Assembly: GCA_030141605.1 (NCBI GenBank)
Contig: JAQGDQ010000018.1
Coordinates: 1,116,001-1,180,000 of the forward strand
Origin: Tubiluchus corallicola
Taxonomy: Eukaryota; Animalia; Priapulida
Direction of reading: 5' to 3'
Length of the DNA stretch: 64,000 nucleotides
Shown here: positions 43,213 to 55,545 of the stretch, one piece after another
How the letters are laid out: each line of letters opens with the position of its first letter
Position numbering within the stretch: position 1 is the first letter of the stretch
The notes under the pieces: generated by a model
Databases searched by the model: none
What the model was told of the DNA's origin: nothing
The model's input: only the letters and a program-made list of their open reading frames with translations
Made by a program: the position numbers and the translations under genes

Positions 43213-46200
43213 ATGGCGTCAACCAAATCGTTGGAAGATGTTCTCTCTTCAGAAGTTGATGAAAGTGCGGTAAATGCACTAGTTGGAACTTTAGAAAGTC
43301 AGTTAGGATCTACAAATGCTACAGCTTGCTCACAGCAAGTTTTGACGGATGCACTCATAAATAATCATATGAAAGACAATGTTGTTTATGGTAGTGCTGC
43401 ACCAAATCGAACTCAACCTCAACCTGTTATTTATAACGCTGTACAGAAAAATGCAGTTGTAAATAAACTTCATATTGGTTCAGTTTCGGATACAGCAGAC
43501 AATAAAGAACTTTCGCTTACCAGTCAACTGTCAAATAATCCAACTACTGTTTCTAGTACTTTGCAGAATTCTGTTCTTGGTTATAATCACAATCCAGTCC
43601 ATAATGTGCTTGCGTCAGATGGTGTTTCCAGTAAGTGTAGTCGTAATGCAAATTCTCCTTTATCAAGCGCTAGTAATATATCAAACAAAAATGGGATATC
43701 AGCCTGTGCTTCTAATACCAAAGACTCTTCATCACCTGCTTTAGATAATTTTTCTTCAGCAGGGACTGCTGAGCGGAGTAACTTGAATGGAACAGTTCAA
43801 AGTAGTACATTAAGTGCAATAGAAAACCTTGCAAATGTAGCAGCTGTTCAACAACCTATTATGGTTAGTCAATTACAAGATAACAAGGTCGGCATTGGAC
43901 CATTAACTGGTGCACAAATACGACCAACAACGAATCCGGTGAATGCTTCAAATGTTTCTACGAGCATACAGCAGCCTTTAATTGTGTCTATGAATACAGT
44001 TACTTCCCAGCCTATGGCAGTAACAGGTGCTCAAGTTGTGGTATCCGGTGCAACATCGGTAACATCTTCTGGTATTCAGTTTGTGAACATCAGCACAGTA
44101 CCTCGTCCTGGTGCTGCACCAAATCAACAAAAAGTGCTTGCTCCTCGAGTCATTTTGAATACTGCTCCAATTCGAATAGCTGGTTCACCTGGAACTACCC
44201 TTCAAGGACCAAGGCCTGGATTTGTTCAGTTAACACCAGGACAGGTATTGCTACATTTTGTACTATGTTCATATTTTGCTGTTTTGTTTGTGTATGTAAG
44301 GTTAGCAAAAATTGTGACAGCATTTGTAGTAAAGTAAGTAATTATATTTTTTGTTAAACAAATAGGTAATTTATGGTTAATCTTATTATATTAATCTAAA
44401 AATAATACTTAGAATGGAAAGATACAATTGTGATATAAATTGAAAATCTGTAATTTGATTTTGAAATGAGCATTGCTACTTACTGTAGAATCTTTACCAG
44501 CTCATTTAAACATGGTAATCTAAAGACACATTTTAAAAGTTAAAAGTTTGCAGTAGTTAGAGCAGTACTGTTGGCAAACTTACGTACTTAATGTCGGACA
44601 GCCTAATACCTATCAGTATGCTAGCTTATGTAGCCTTCTTAATTTTAAAAATAAAAATAAAAAATAGATATCAAATTTTGAACAGTGAAGTATAATTACA
44701 TTTTTAATGTATAAATGAGTGCTTCAGTATCATGATGTACACAGTTCATGGTATGTGGTAGTCCCACACTTTTGTTGTATAGGCCTATACTTTTTATTTT
44801 ATACAATAAACTTAAGCTTAAAATTTATGGCGTGTTCAGACTTAGAGACTTCCCTCGCAGCTTGTTGTACAACTCTGAGAGAAGTTGTCAAGAGTCGTTC
44901 ACAAGTCACAACAAGTTGTGAGAGAAGTTGCCAAGTCATTCACACGTTGCAACAAGTTTCGAGAGAAATTGCTAAACCGTTCAGATGTTGCAACTTTACT
45001 TTCAGAGAAAAGTTGTGTAGCAAGTTGCGAGGAAAGTCTCTACGTTTGAACACACCATCAAACGACATTGTTCGTTGTGGTTGAATGCTATCTAAAAGTG
45101 CAATTTTATAATGTATGTAATCTGGACATAAATGTTCTATTTTATTTGTTTAGAGTGTGAGTCAAGGATTGATACGAGGCACAGTGCTTCTGAACACACA
45201 GACAGGACAGGTTCAGCTGCTTGCTCCTGGTCTTAATAGGTTCCAGGTATAAGATTACACAGTTAGAAACTGTTTAGTGCCAATGTAAAAATAGTTACAA
45301 ATTTGTTTCATATAGCGCTTCATCTGGATTTAAACTTGTATTAAAATTTTATTATGTGAAATGTATTTTTAGACCACACCAGGTAGCACGACAGCAGGAG
45401 GATTAGGCGTTACCACTGTTCGCTATACTGTACCAGCTTCTGCTGTTAGTTCAGCTTCATCTACTTTGCCAGCTCATGCGCCATCTACTACAGGCTCTCA
45501 TTCATCCAGCTCAGTTGCGTCGGCAAAGATGTCACCTGATACCGCGAAGAGAAAGTGCAAGAATTTCTTTGCCACTTTGATTAAGCTTGCATCTAGTCAA
45601 CCACCTGATGTAGCGGCAAATGTCCGTCAACTTATTCAAGGAGTTATTGTAAGTAGTTTATGTTTGATTTGCAAGTTAATTGCTGCTGTGAAACTGAGTC
45701 TGTCGCTTTATTTGTACCTTTTTTCCTTCTACATCATGTCCAATCACTCAGTATGACTTGGGCAAAATGTTGCCTTTCGTATTTTGATAAACACTGTATC
45801 ATACTATAGTACATAAATAAATTTGTTTTTTGTTGAGATGGTAGGCTGTCACCTGCTAAGTTTTTGCAGATCTGTGAATAATCTAGCATAGCAATGGTTT
45901 TCGCCATAAATCTCAAAAGTTGTAATCATTTTAGCAATTTACAATTTGCTTATCTTTAGGATGGTCTTGTTCAACCAGAAGATTTTACTACCAAGCTAGA
46001 AAGTGAACTGAAGTCGTCACCACAACCTTTTCTTATACCATTTCTCAAAGTAAGTAAATTGCTAAAATTATATAGAAAAAACTTGTTGATTATAAACCAG
46101 AGGTGCTGCGATATGCAGCTGTTTTGAATCTGTGCACAAGTCTAGAGGTTATAAAATCTGATGCCATCCATTATAGCTACAGCTTCTTTAAAAATCCCAA

Positions 46201-49200
46201 CTTGCCTGTTACAACATAGTTGCTAGCACATGAACAACATGGCAGCAAGAGTCGAGTGCTATTTTAATATTATTTGTGAACTAATCAATTAAAATAAGAA
46301 TTAATAATTTATTTTCAAGAACACCTTTACACTTTAAATACTGTAAAATGGGTAAATTTTCTTAGAAGATGCATCAGTTTTCTATAATCAGAAGAACTAG
46401 AAACTTGTCAAGGCAATACATACCATTTGTACTGGTCACACACACAACAGCATCATACTTGTAAGTCACCAGAAGGAACCTGACAAGGTTCAGCTGCTTT
46501 TCCTCTACTGTCAGCCATGCTTGTAACACAAGCAATGCCAGCAATCTTCACACTATGGTTCATTGCAGCTAATAGCGTGCAAAAGCTGCAAAAATACCAC
46601 TTTTGCCACAAAAATGTCTGCTAAAAATTTAGAGCCATCTATAGTTTGGCAGTTGTTTAGTTTAAATCCAACAAATAGAGATTATGTTATATGCAGTATA
46701 TGTAATAAAAAACTGAAGTGCTGGATCAAGATCCGGTGTTCAAAATTACAGTTCATCTAATTTTAAGAACTGTTTGTAGTGTTTCTACTTAAAATTTTTC
46801 AATGATCCTGAAAGTGAACAGGCAATGCCATCGTGTGAACAGAAAGCTAAACAAATAAATATAGTTTACATTAATTTATAAATTCGGATCTGTGATCCAG
46901 AACTGGCAGAACTAGATTTGGTGGGTCCCTAGTAATTATTACTAGATAGACAAAAGAATGTAAAATTAAGTAATATCAGTTGCTCTTGTGGAGGATTTTG
47001 GTAAAGCCTTGGAATTTGTAGCTGAATTATTTTTGTTTGTTTTGATTTATATCATTTTTATTGTTTTTGTATTAGTATAATACACTGTAATTTATTGCAG
47101 AGAAGTTTACCATTTCTGAGACAGTCACTATATCACAAAGAGATGACGATAGATGGTGTTAAACCACCGCCAGCGTCTTCATTGTCGATACCTGCTATGG
47201 GTGCTCCTCTTACACTGCCGACCAAAACTAATAGGGTAAATGTGTACTATATTGTATGCAGTTTTGTCCTTTCAGCAGCAAATTGCCTTCATTGAATGTA
47301 CTCTTATTCTTTTTCATCTATAATGCATTTTTCTTACTTTGTTTCTATGTAATATACTGCTAGAGTTGTCAGACTGTTGACAGGAGTCATCAAGGCATAA
47401 AGTGTACTGTTTGCCTCGTGAATGTGTAGTGTTATGATTAGCTGATTCTTCTTGCATTGCGTTAGACTGTCTTATATATTTGATATTTTGAATTTTATGT
47501 TACAGACTCAAATATATAATGTAACTCTTGTTATTTTTTTAGAATCGAGTAGTTAGGCCTGGCCAAACTGTGGGGCAGCCACATGCGTTGACTACTAAAA
47601 ATGCTCAGGTTTGTTATCTTTGTGTTCAAACTTCTCTGAAGTTCAACCTACTTTCATTTAATTTAGTATTTTATAATTGTCATTTATAAAAAAGCAAAAC
47701 TAGTTGTCATAACAGTTGGGAGATATAGTAGTGTGTAAAAACCTGATATTAGCTAGTACAATAAATTAGAACATGCCAATGCTTTGACTTTTTAGGCTTT
47801 AAAGCCTGGATCTGTAGCATCATCAACACCTACCATTGCGGGCCACCTGAAATCACGAACACCTGTTGCAGTTCCGGTGTCTTCTGCAGTTGCACGCGAC
47901 AAAAGCGGTGCAGCTTTTAGGTATTTTTTCCTCCTGTGTCGTAGTTTATAACAAGATAGTGTAATTTAATTATGCTGTGTCTCTTTTATTTTTGATTGCA
48001 ATAGCACTTATGGAAATGCTAATTTGTTTTATTATGCAGCTATTTACAAGTTTTAAATTCACTCGTTTTTTAGAGATGACGATGACATTAATGATGTGGC
48101 TGCAATGGGAGGAGTCAACTTGATGGAAGAGACCCAACGAATTTTAGCATCAACCACAGAATTAGTTGGCACAGTGGAGCGTTCTTGCAAAGATGAAGCA
48201 TTTTTAGTTGGTCCTGCACTTGAAGCCCGAATGAAAAAAATTGGTAATACATAAAATAACACGAATATTCAAAACTTCTGATTTTTTCACTCATTTAGAT
48301 ATGTACTGGCAGTTTCTGCAGTCAAGAAACTTTTTTATGCATTTATTGCCAAATCTTGCACATTTTAGTTTTTTAAAACTTCTGCCACCTGTTTATTTTA
48401 GTGAAAAAGCATCATTTGGAAGAGCCATCATCTGATGTGGGCAATATCATATCTCACGCCACTGAGCAACGATTACGAAATATTATAGAAAAATTAGGTT
48501 TAATTGCGGAACACCGGATGGAACCACTGAAGGTGATGTTTGTTATGTTTTATAAAGTGTTATTTGACAAAATTAGATTTATTTGCCATGTACAAGGTGG
48601 AACCACTGAAGATCACCCATTGTTAGGCTTTGTTGATATGTCTGAATGTGTTCTTTAGTTGCCCAAAACCAGCTTTAGTTATACTACTAGATAATGCCTA
48701 ATGGCAAGAATTAATGTCATTATAGCATGTACATCATTGTATTTCCTACTTGAGTAAAAACAATTTACTTGGCAGATGGATCCTAGTTTAGAAGAGGCAA
48801 ATAACATACGCGCACAAGTAAAGTTTCTTGAGGAGTTGGACAAACAGGAGCGAAAACGACATGAAGAACAAGAAAGAGAACTATTACTTCGACTAGCTAA
48901 GGTATATGCTTTTTTCGAATATACAAGAAATTTGATAATAAAAGATTAATGCATTTGTGCATTTAAAAATAAGTTATGCTGGCTCTGACATTTCACCTGG
49001 TTGTTTCCTTTTTTGCTTCCATAATGCTCGTATTGCGTATCTTTGCAAGTTGAAATACTTACGTATTTATGTAACCGGCTGTGATGCTGTGTTTGTATGC
49101 AATGTACCCCGATTTTCAAAGTCAGAAAAATTAGTGTGTGGAAAGCAGGTATGACTGGCCCTATGAGCAAGGTGTAACATGTGGTTCTGGGTTTCTATAG

Positions 49201-50762
49201 TGTTAAATAATGTGAGTTTACTACTAGAATCCTGGAGTTGGGCTAAGATTTTGTTGTTTCACGCGGAGGCTTGTTTCAACCTGAGCCTAGATGTCTTAAT
49301 GAGCTACTTCTCAGGGAATGATAGGATACAAAAACTAATTATTGACCTGTGTGTAACAGAATTTAATTGCTTACCACTTTAGAAGAATTTAACCAGCAGA
49401 ATTGGTACAGTTCAACAATAGCAGTCACAGTATAGCAAATATGTTTCTTAGTCCACTAACAGAGAGGGAAGGGGTTAGTGGGCGTAGCACGTGCAAGTGG
49501 TGACACACTCTCGATGACAGCAATCCAACACGCATACAAACGAAATTGCGCTAGCTAGCAATCGCTGAAGAAGAGTACAGAAATCGTGTCTTACCAAATG
49601 CACAAGCAAAATGACTGTTACTAACCTGTGGATTATCATCCACAGATTTGCTATCAATGGTTTAGTCTACCAACAAAGGAATGTCCACCATGACTTCTGT
49701 GGTTTGGACGAATCTCCAGACAATGACGGCAATCATCTTGTCGAACGACAGTAACATACACTGCAAAGAATGGCTGTTGACAGAAGAAATAGTGGTTTTA
49801 CTGCACAGCAGCATCGAGAATGCTCATTGACACTTTTGCCTATCTTTTTATAGATTTTGTAGACATGTGAACAATCAGACAAAGTTTGTTTTACTGACTT
49901 TGCAACAAGTTTACCTGTCTGTTGCCAATAGTAGTTATAATACCTCTGCTTTTCTTCATATGTTGCTTTCGCTCCAGTGTTGCTTTTTTAAGGTTTTGCC
50001 TGTTTTGTTATTTAGTGTGTTCATTGAAGTGTATTTTATATTGTTTAGAGTCGAACGAAACAAGAAGATCCAGAGCAAGCAAGACTTAAACAGAAAGCTA
50101 AAGAGGTAAATGGATACCAGTCCTGCTTTCAGTAGATTGTTTTAAATTTCAGTGATTCTAAAATTCACTTATGTATTCATATTTTTGAAACTTTTAATTT
50201 AACATTGCTGATGTAATTTTTACAGATGCAGCAAGCAGAAAATGAACTCCGAAGACAAAAGGAGACGAACGAGACAGCTCGACTTGCGCTAAAAAGACGT
50301 AAAGTAGATGGAGGCGATGGCACTGATACTTCAGCAGTTGGTGCCAGTACTTTAGGAGCCATGTCTACTGTGTCTCGGTTACAGGTTTGTGAAAGCATAA
50401 CTTTGAAACACTTATTCATTCCACCATATTTTTGGCAGCATTATATAAGCAGATTGTAAAATTGAGTTTTTGTGTTTATATCTACTTCTCTTTTCCAAAT
50501 GCTTTCGTGAAACATTTTAAAGTTGTGATAATTGAAATACAAAGAATTGCGCAATGTAATTACTGTTACATTATTTTCCAGTGCTATTCCCATTTCAACA
50601 ACAGTTGGCATAATCAAGACTTTAAATATTGTTGGTATAGCTAATTTAATTTTACAGCGTCCACGTACTAAACGAGTGAACCTCAGGGACTTAATTTTGC
50701 TTATGGAGCAAGAACGTGAACTGAGTCGATCTAAACTCATGTATAAAACATTTTTCAAATAG
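43213..50762 (+). CDS. TAF4: TFIID subunit 4, ~854 aa. Exons 43213-44244, 45154-45246, 45373-45648, 45960-46049, 47101-47235, 47543-47608, 47796-47920, 48074-48243, 48402-48532, 48776-48901, 50049-50105, 50226-50384, 50658-50762
   Basis: N-terminus SEVDESAVNALVGTLESQL; TAFH domain KCKNFFATLIKLAS...FTTKLESELKSSPQPFLIPFLKRSLPFLRQ; DDDDINDVAAMGGVNLMEE; histone fold ISHATEQRLRNIIEKL; EDPEQARLKQKAKEMQQ; C-terminal RVNLRDLILLMEQE. All 12 introns GT-AG and in phase. Confidence 0.95.
44828..45057. mobile_element. MITE (PIF/Harbinger-like) with internal ~40-bp subrepeats, TAF4 intron 1
   Basis: TIR tggcgtgttcagacttagagacttccctcgcagcttg vs caagttgcgaggaaagtctctacgtttgaacacacca; flanks tta/tca; repeated gagagaagttg...ttcaca units. 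Confidence 0.7.
46096..46932 (+). mobile_element. hAT-like transposon remnant with BED zinc-finger fragment, TAF4 intron 4
   Basis: ORF 46563-46760 contains SIVWQLF...VICSICNKKL (BED pattern SxVWxxF...CxxC); gatcc/gatct-type subterminal motifs. Boundaries approximate. Confidence 0.5.
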
Positions 50763-53700
50763 CACAAGGTATGTATTCTCAAGTCTGTAGTATTTTTTCA
50801 TGACAGCATTTACAGTTTGTCCAAAAAAGCGATACCTTAATAATAATAATAGTAGTTGTTAATGCATGCACATTTTTGAACACCTTGCCATTTTCTAGAA
50901 AGTCAAGTAAAGATTAGTCTGTAAATGAGAAACAATTTTATTTTATGGCTTTTGCTTTTCATTTTACATTATAATCTCCAAGACCACATAGCCTGTGATT
51001 TCCAAACTTAGTGTACAGCTATGTTATTGTTGTGAAAGATTATTCAATTTTTGGTGTATAATGTGTCACTAAATTGTTTTACAATCTCGTTTTGAGTTAG
51101 AGGCACAATGTTTGGTATAAGGCGAGACTATTTTCTCATACTTTGTCAATGTACAAAAATTTTTGATAGACTAAAAATTAAAAATAGGTCGTATAGATGT
51201 TTGTTGACTATCTTTACATCATGGCTTGTTCATACATCTACTGAAAGTTGAGGCAATTTGAACTAATATATAGACAGTGAGCAATTTCCTTTTTGCTTTT
51301 AGCAGCATCCATTATTTTAGAAAACTGCTTGTAGTGTGTATACGAATTTTAAATTATGAAATGATCAAAAATGGTTGGCTTAAAATAGATCGAACCTTCT
51401 CTAGTTTAAGAAGCCACTAATATTAACAAGTTTTATCCTTTTTTAGGCTGTCCGATGTCAGCTAACAGTGTTTTATCTAATCAGCAGAATTTCACACACA
51501 CGGAAAGATCCGCAAAGAATACAGATTTTACACCTTATGCATGTAAATACTTGTATATTTGAATAAGCAACAGTTTATACATGATTTTGTAAGCTATAAT
51601 AATGCCAAGTGACTGCGTAGTAGCAATAGGTGTTTGTTGATAATAATATAAGTTATTGGCTGAGACTGTACTATAATGGTTTATAGCTGTTGTAATAGTG
51701 CTTGTTTTTGCAAGCTAACAATATCGTCTTTGCTGTGACTTCAGTGATAATGTCTTTATGTTGAGTTTTGGTTATGTCACTTGTTAGTATCTTAAAAATG
51801 AATAGTTTATTTGATCACAACTTCATAAGTATTTCACGTAATTCATTTTTAAATGTATAATATATATAATAAATGTTCTTGGTGTACGATAAAAGTTGTG
51901 TATGTAGGTCTATGTATTTTTTTGCAAAATGCATTCTTTATTAATCTTATTTGCTTCTTGCTTATGATTAATTTGCTTTTCAGTTTATTATGGCAAATGT
52001 AAATAAGAGCTTTATAATATTGCAAATAAATTCGAATGGAAACGCATAAAAATTTCTGAGGCAAGATGATGTGTAATCAAACTCCTCTTATTTCCATTTG
52101 TAGTACAACTGAGTCGTAGTTTTGTAAGGCCATCTGTAGGGATGGAAAGGATTAGGATCTGGAACTTCATTTCTGTTTGTCTGGTGTTTGATCAAAGCTG
52201 GTTCTTAGATTAATACACAAACTTGATTCCTGTGGATAGGAATTTGTTTCACACTTGGTCCAGAATCTACTGAAATTACTTCTGCACTCTGGTTCTTGGA
52301 AGCCTTGGAGTGTCATCATTTGTTGAAAATGCACTACTTCCTGTGATTTCTGGATATAAGGGTCCTTCTGTTCTGTGCCTTGACAAAGTCGATGGTTTGC
52401 TTGTGGCAAGAATAATGTTGACACACAAGAACTTTTCATTTGTTCAAGTTTAATTAAAAAGATATGAGAATGCTTTATAATTAATTGATAAGTGCATATT
52501 ACATAATTTTTTGGTGGTTGTTTCAAATATGATGTACCCCAGGTAGTTTGGTTAGGATTCGAAGTAGATTGGAAGTGCTGACAGACCTAGATGTGGATCC
52601 AGATCCTAGGCCCTTGCTGTTCCTCATTATCTAAAAGTGCACTTTTATGCAATTCATAATGTACTAAGTACATTAATTGTACAAATGGTGCTGTAGTAGT
52701 TTCCACATTCAGCGGAGTTAAAAACATTGCTGCGCGATATGCTGTTGGAGCATCTCTCTCTCTCTCCAGTACAGTTGGTAATTGTCAAAATTCTTTTACA
52801 CATTTCTTTTCTAGATACTCGATGTAAACTAGTCTAGTTCACTAGACGTGGGTTTATTCTACTATACACGTACATGCTTAATAATTACCATGGTTAATCA
52901 ATCATTAAACATCTCTTTCATTTTAAGTGATTGGCATTAGAGTAAGACCAAAGTCCAAATTTTGGTTACCAGAATCAACTTAAGTATTATATATATATAT
53001 ATTCAGATTTTCTGTTGTTATATTTATTATTACTCATCTGTAACATGTTATAACAGAAAATATTTCATGACTTGAAAAATACCTGTGCATTTTCTCATTA
53101 ACAATGGCTGTTTTGACTTCTGCTAATCTTGTATATGCAGAAATCAAACACGCAGTCTTTTGTGTTTCTGTGTAATTTCAGATACTTATTATGCCAAGTA
53201 CTTTCTAGGCAATATGATTTCATTTGAATTAAGTTAACATTTCAGTTTAAATAATTTTGTTGAAGTTACATTTAGTCCTGTTAATGAAATACAAAGCATT
53301 GTTGATGTGACACTGTATATAAATTATTCAATTGTCACATCACTGGCCACCGATTATGAAATTATTATACTTGTCAGAATGCTTATTATACTAGAAGGTC
53401 ACAAAAGCAGCATCTGCAATCATGATTTGTAAACATTGATGGTTGTTTTGAAATTTCACAGTTTTTATAGGGAATTTCTTTGAAATAAACTTGATTATTT
53501 GTTACCATAAACTATAATAATGTGTCTTTCACTGAAGTTTAAAATAACCATCATTTTAGGTATTTTTAGTTGCAAACTTATAATCAAAAAATTGAAATTT
53601 GGCACTATTTTTACTCAAAGCATGTAATAATGGCATTAAAATTTCAAACTACATGTGTAATAATCAAAGTTTATGTAAGCATTGGGATGTATGTACATGA

Positions 53701-54525
53701 AACGATTCAACATCAAACTCGCAAGTCGATGAATAACAAGTGTACACCAGAATTAGAAAAAAAACACGACACTGGGTTATCAAATCTTCAGCCATTTTCA
53801 AGTGTGAACTTTTTCGTAACTGAATTGATCTGACATTACAATAAGCATTAGTTCAGAATAATTATTGGGTAATTCCTGGATACTTAACTTGGTTTTCTTA
53901 ACGACTCTGTTGGTTTTTAAAGCGGCATTATGAGCTTAAGTGACCAATAATGAACAATAATTAAGCTTGAGTGAAAAATCTAGCAATCTGCATTTTAGTA
54001 TCGACATTTTAGTAAAAAAAGAAATGTACCTTTTGTGTATTTTTTATTTATCCTATATCATCATTAGCATTGATGATGTTATTTTTATAACAGTATGTCT
54101 GCAAAATTTTGGTTTGCAGTTTTTGCTGTTAAAAATGCGTTTAAGCTCTAAAACCTGTTCAGAGATTAACAAAATAATAGTCAAAATTGTTATTCTTTGC
54201 TGTACTAACATCAGTCACAGAAAGGGAAAAAAGCCATTTCTACATAGCCTGGTGTATTCATATTTACACAGTTAGGCAACGAAAAAGAAAATTAAAAACC
54301 AATGGATGGCTTTCTTTTTATCACATAAAACATATAAAAGGAAAATCAATTAAAAATTTTAAATAACTCATTAAATAAGCATTTTGTAGTACACCACTAA
54401 TTAGCACACAAAACCTCAACTAGAAAAAACTTTTGGCACACAGCGTTGTAAACAAATCACACAATTTTACACAATGCCATTAGATATTTTGCAGGTTATT
54501 CAAGTTGACTGCTTAACATAAAGTA

Positions 54526-55366
54526 CAGTAGGTGCCGCTTAATAGACTCACGGTTAATAACCTCAGTCGCTTAATTAACTCAAAAATGCCGGGAACGGGC
54601 CACTTCTATGTATATATATAAAAACCAAATATATATAAAAACTATCAGTAATTGACTCAAATAACTCCGCATAATTGACTCATTATTTTTCCTTCACCTA
54701 CTTAAAGTAAGATATTTGTATGTGCCCAAAGAGCCTTTCCTACTTTTATGACATCTTTACTTCCCTTTTGTGCACTATGTATGCAGAAACAAACAATCAT
54801 GTTAAGTACCGTTTTGTTTATAAGCAGGTACGTTTATCATGCGCTAATACGCTAGCATAGCGGTTGTGCTTTGAATTTGTTACCCGCTCGCCAACTGTTA
54901 CCCAAAGAATTTCTGGAAACTAAACATTTAATCACTTGTCTAGTGGTTTCCTTTGATGCTTTCAGGCTTAATGAGTTAACAGTCAAAGATGCAGGTACAG
55001 TATAATCAGCTGATATTCCTTGTGACTTACAAGAGTAAACATCGTACAGCAAATAAGAGCAATGTAAGTGAGCAGATGATTCAAATGATTAGAAAAGTCT
55101 GTGATTTAGAAGTGTACTTTTTAATTTATTACTAATTCACTTATATAAATTAATATTACAAAATATTTTTTCCAATTTTAAACTGCACAAAGGAATTTAG
55201 GCATTACTTCGTTTCTAAAATTCATTAAAAACCTTTGCAGTGTATAGTAAGCTGATGGCTCATACTTCTATATCTGTAATACTACACCCATCGGTTAATA
55301 GGTTCAGTCGGTTAATTGGGTCAAAACACGTCGGTCCCAAAGTGGTCTATTAAGCGGCGCCTACTG
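54526..55366. mobile_element. Tc1/mariner (Tigger/pogo-like) non-autonomous element, 841 bp
   Basis: TA|CAGTAGGTGCCGCTTAATAGAC...GTCTATTAAGCGGCGCCTACTG|TA: TA target duplication, 22-bp TIR, subterminal repeats. Confidence 0.85.
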
Positions 55367-55545
55367 TACTAGCATTGGCATGACAACGTAATTTGGCACT
55401 ATAATGGTTTTTTGGCACACAGTATTATTTCACATGCACTGGCAGCACAGATTACTTGCCTATTTTGACATCAAATTCTGGCAAGAGACATCACAGAAAG
55501 CAAAAGACATGCTGCACTGAAGCATTACTACAATGGAAATGTGCT

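Noticed and set aside
52167-52526. 119-aa minus-strand ORF between TAF4 and DNAH10
   Set aside because: No homology evident; lies in a ggatc-motif degenerate repeat (~52135-52615).
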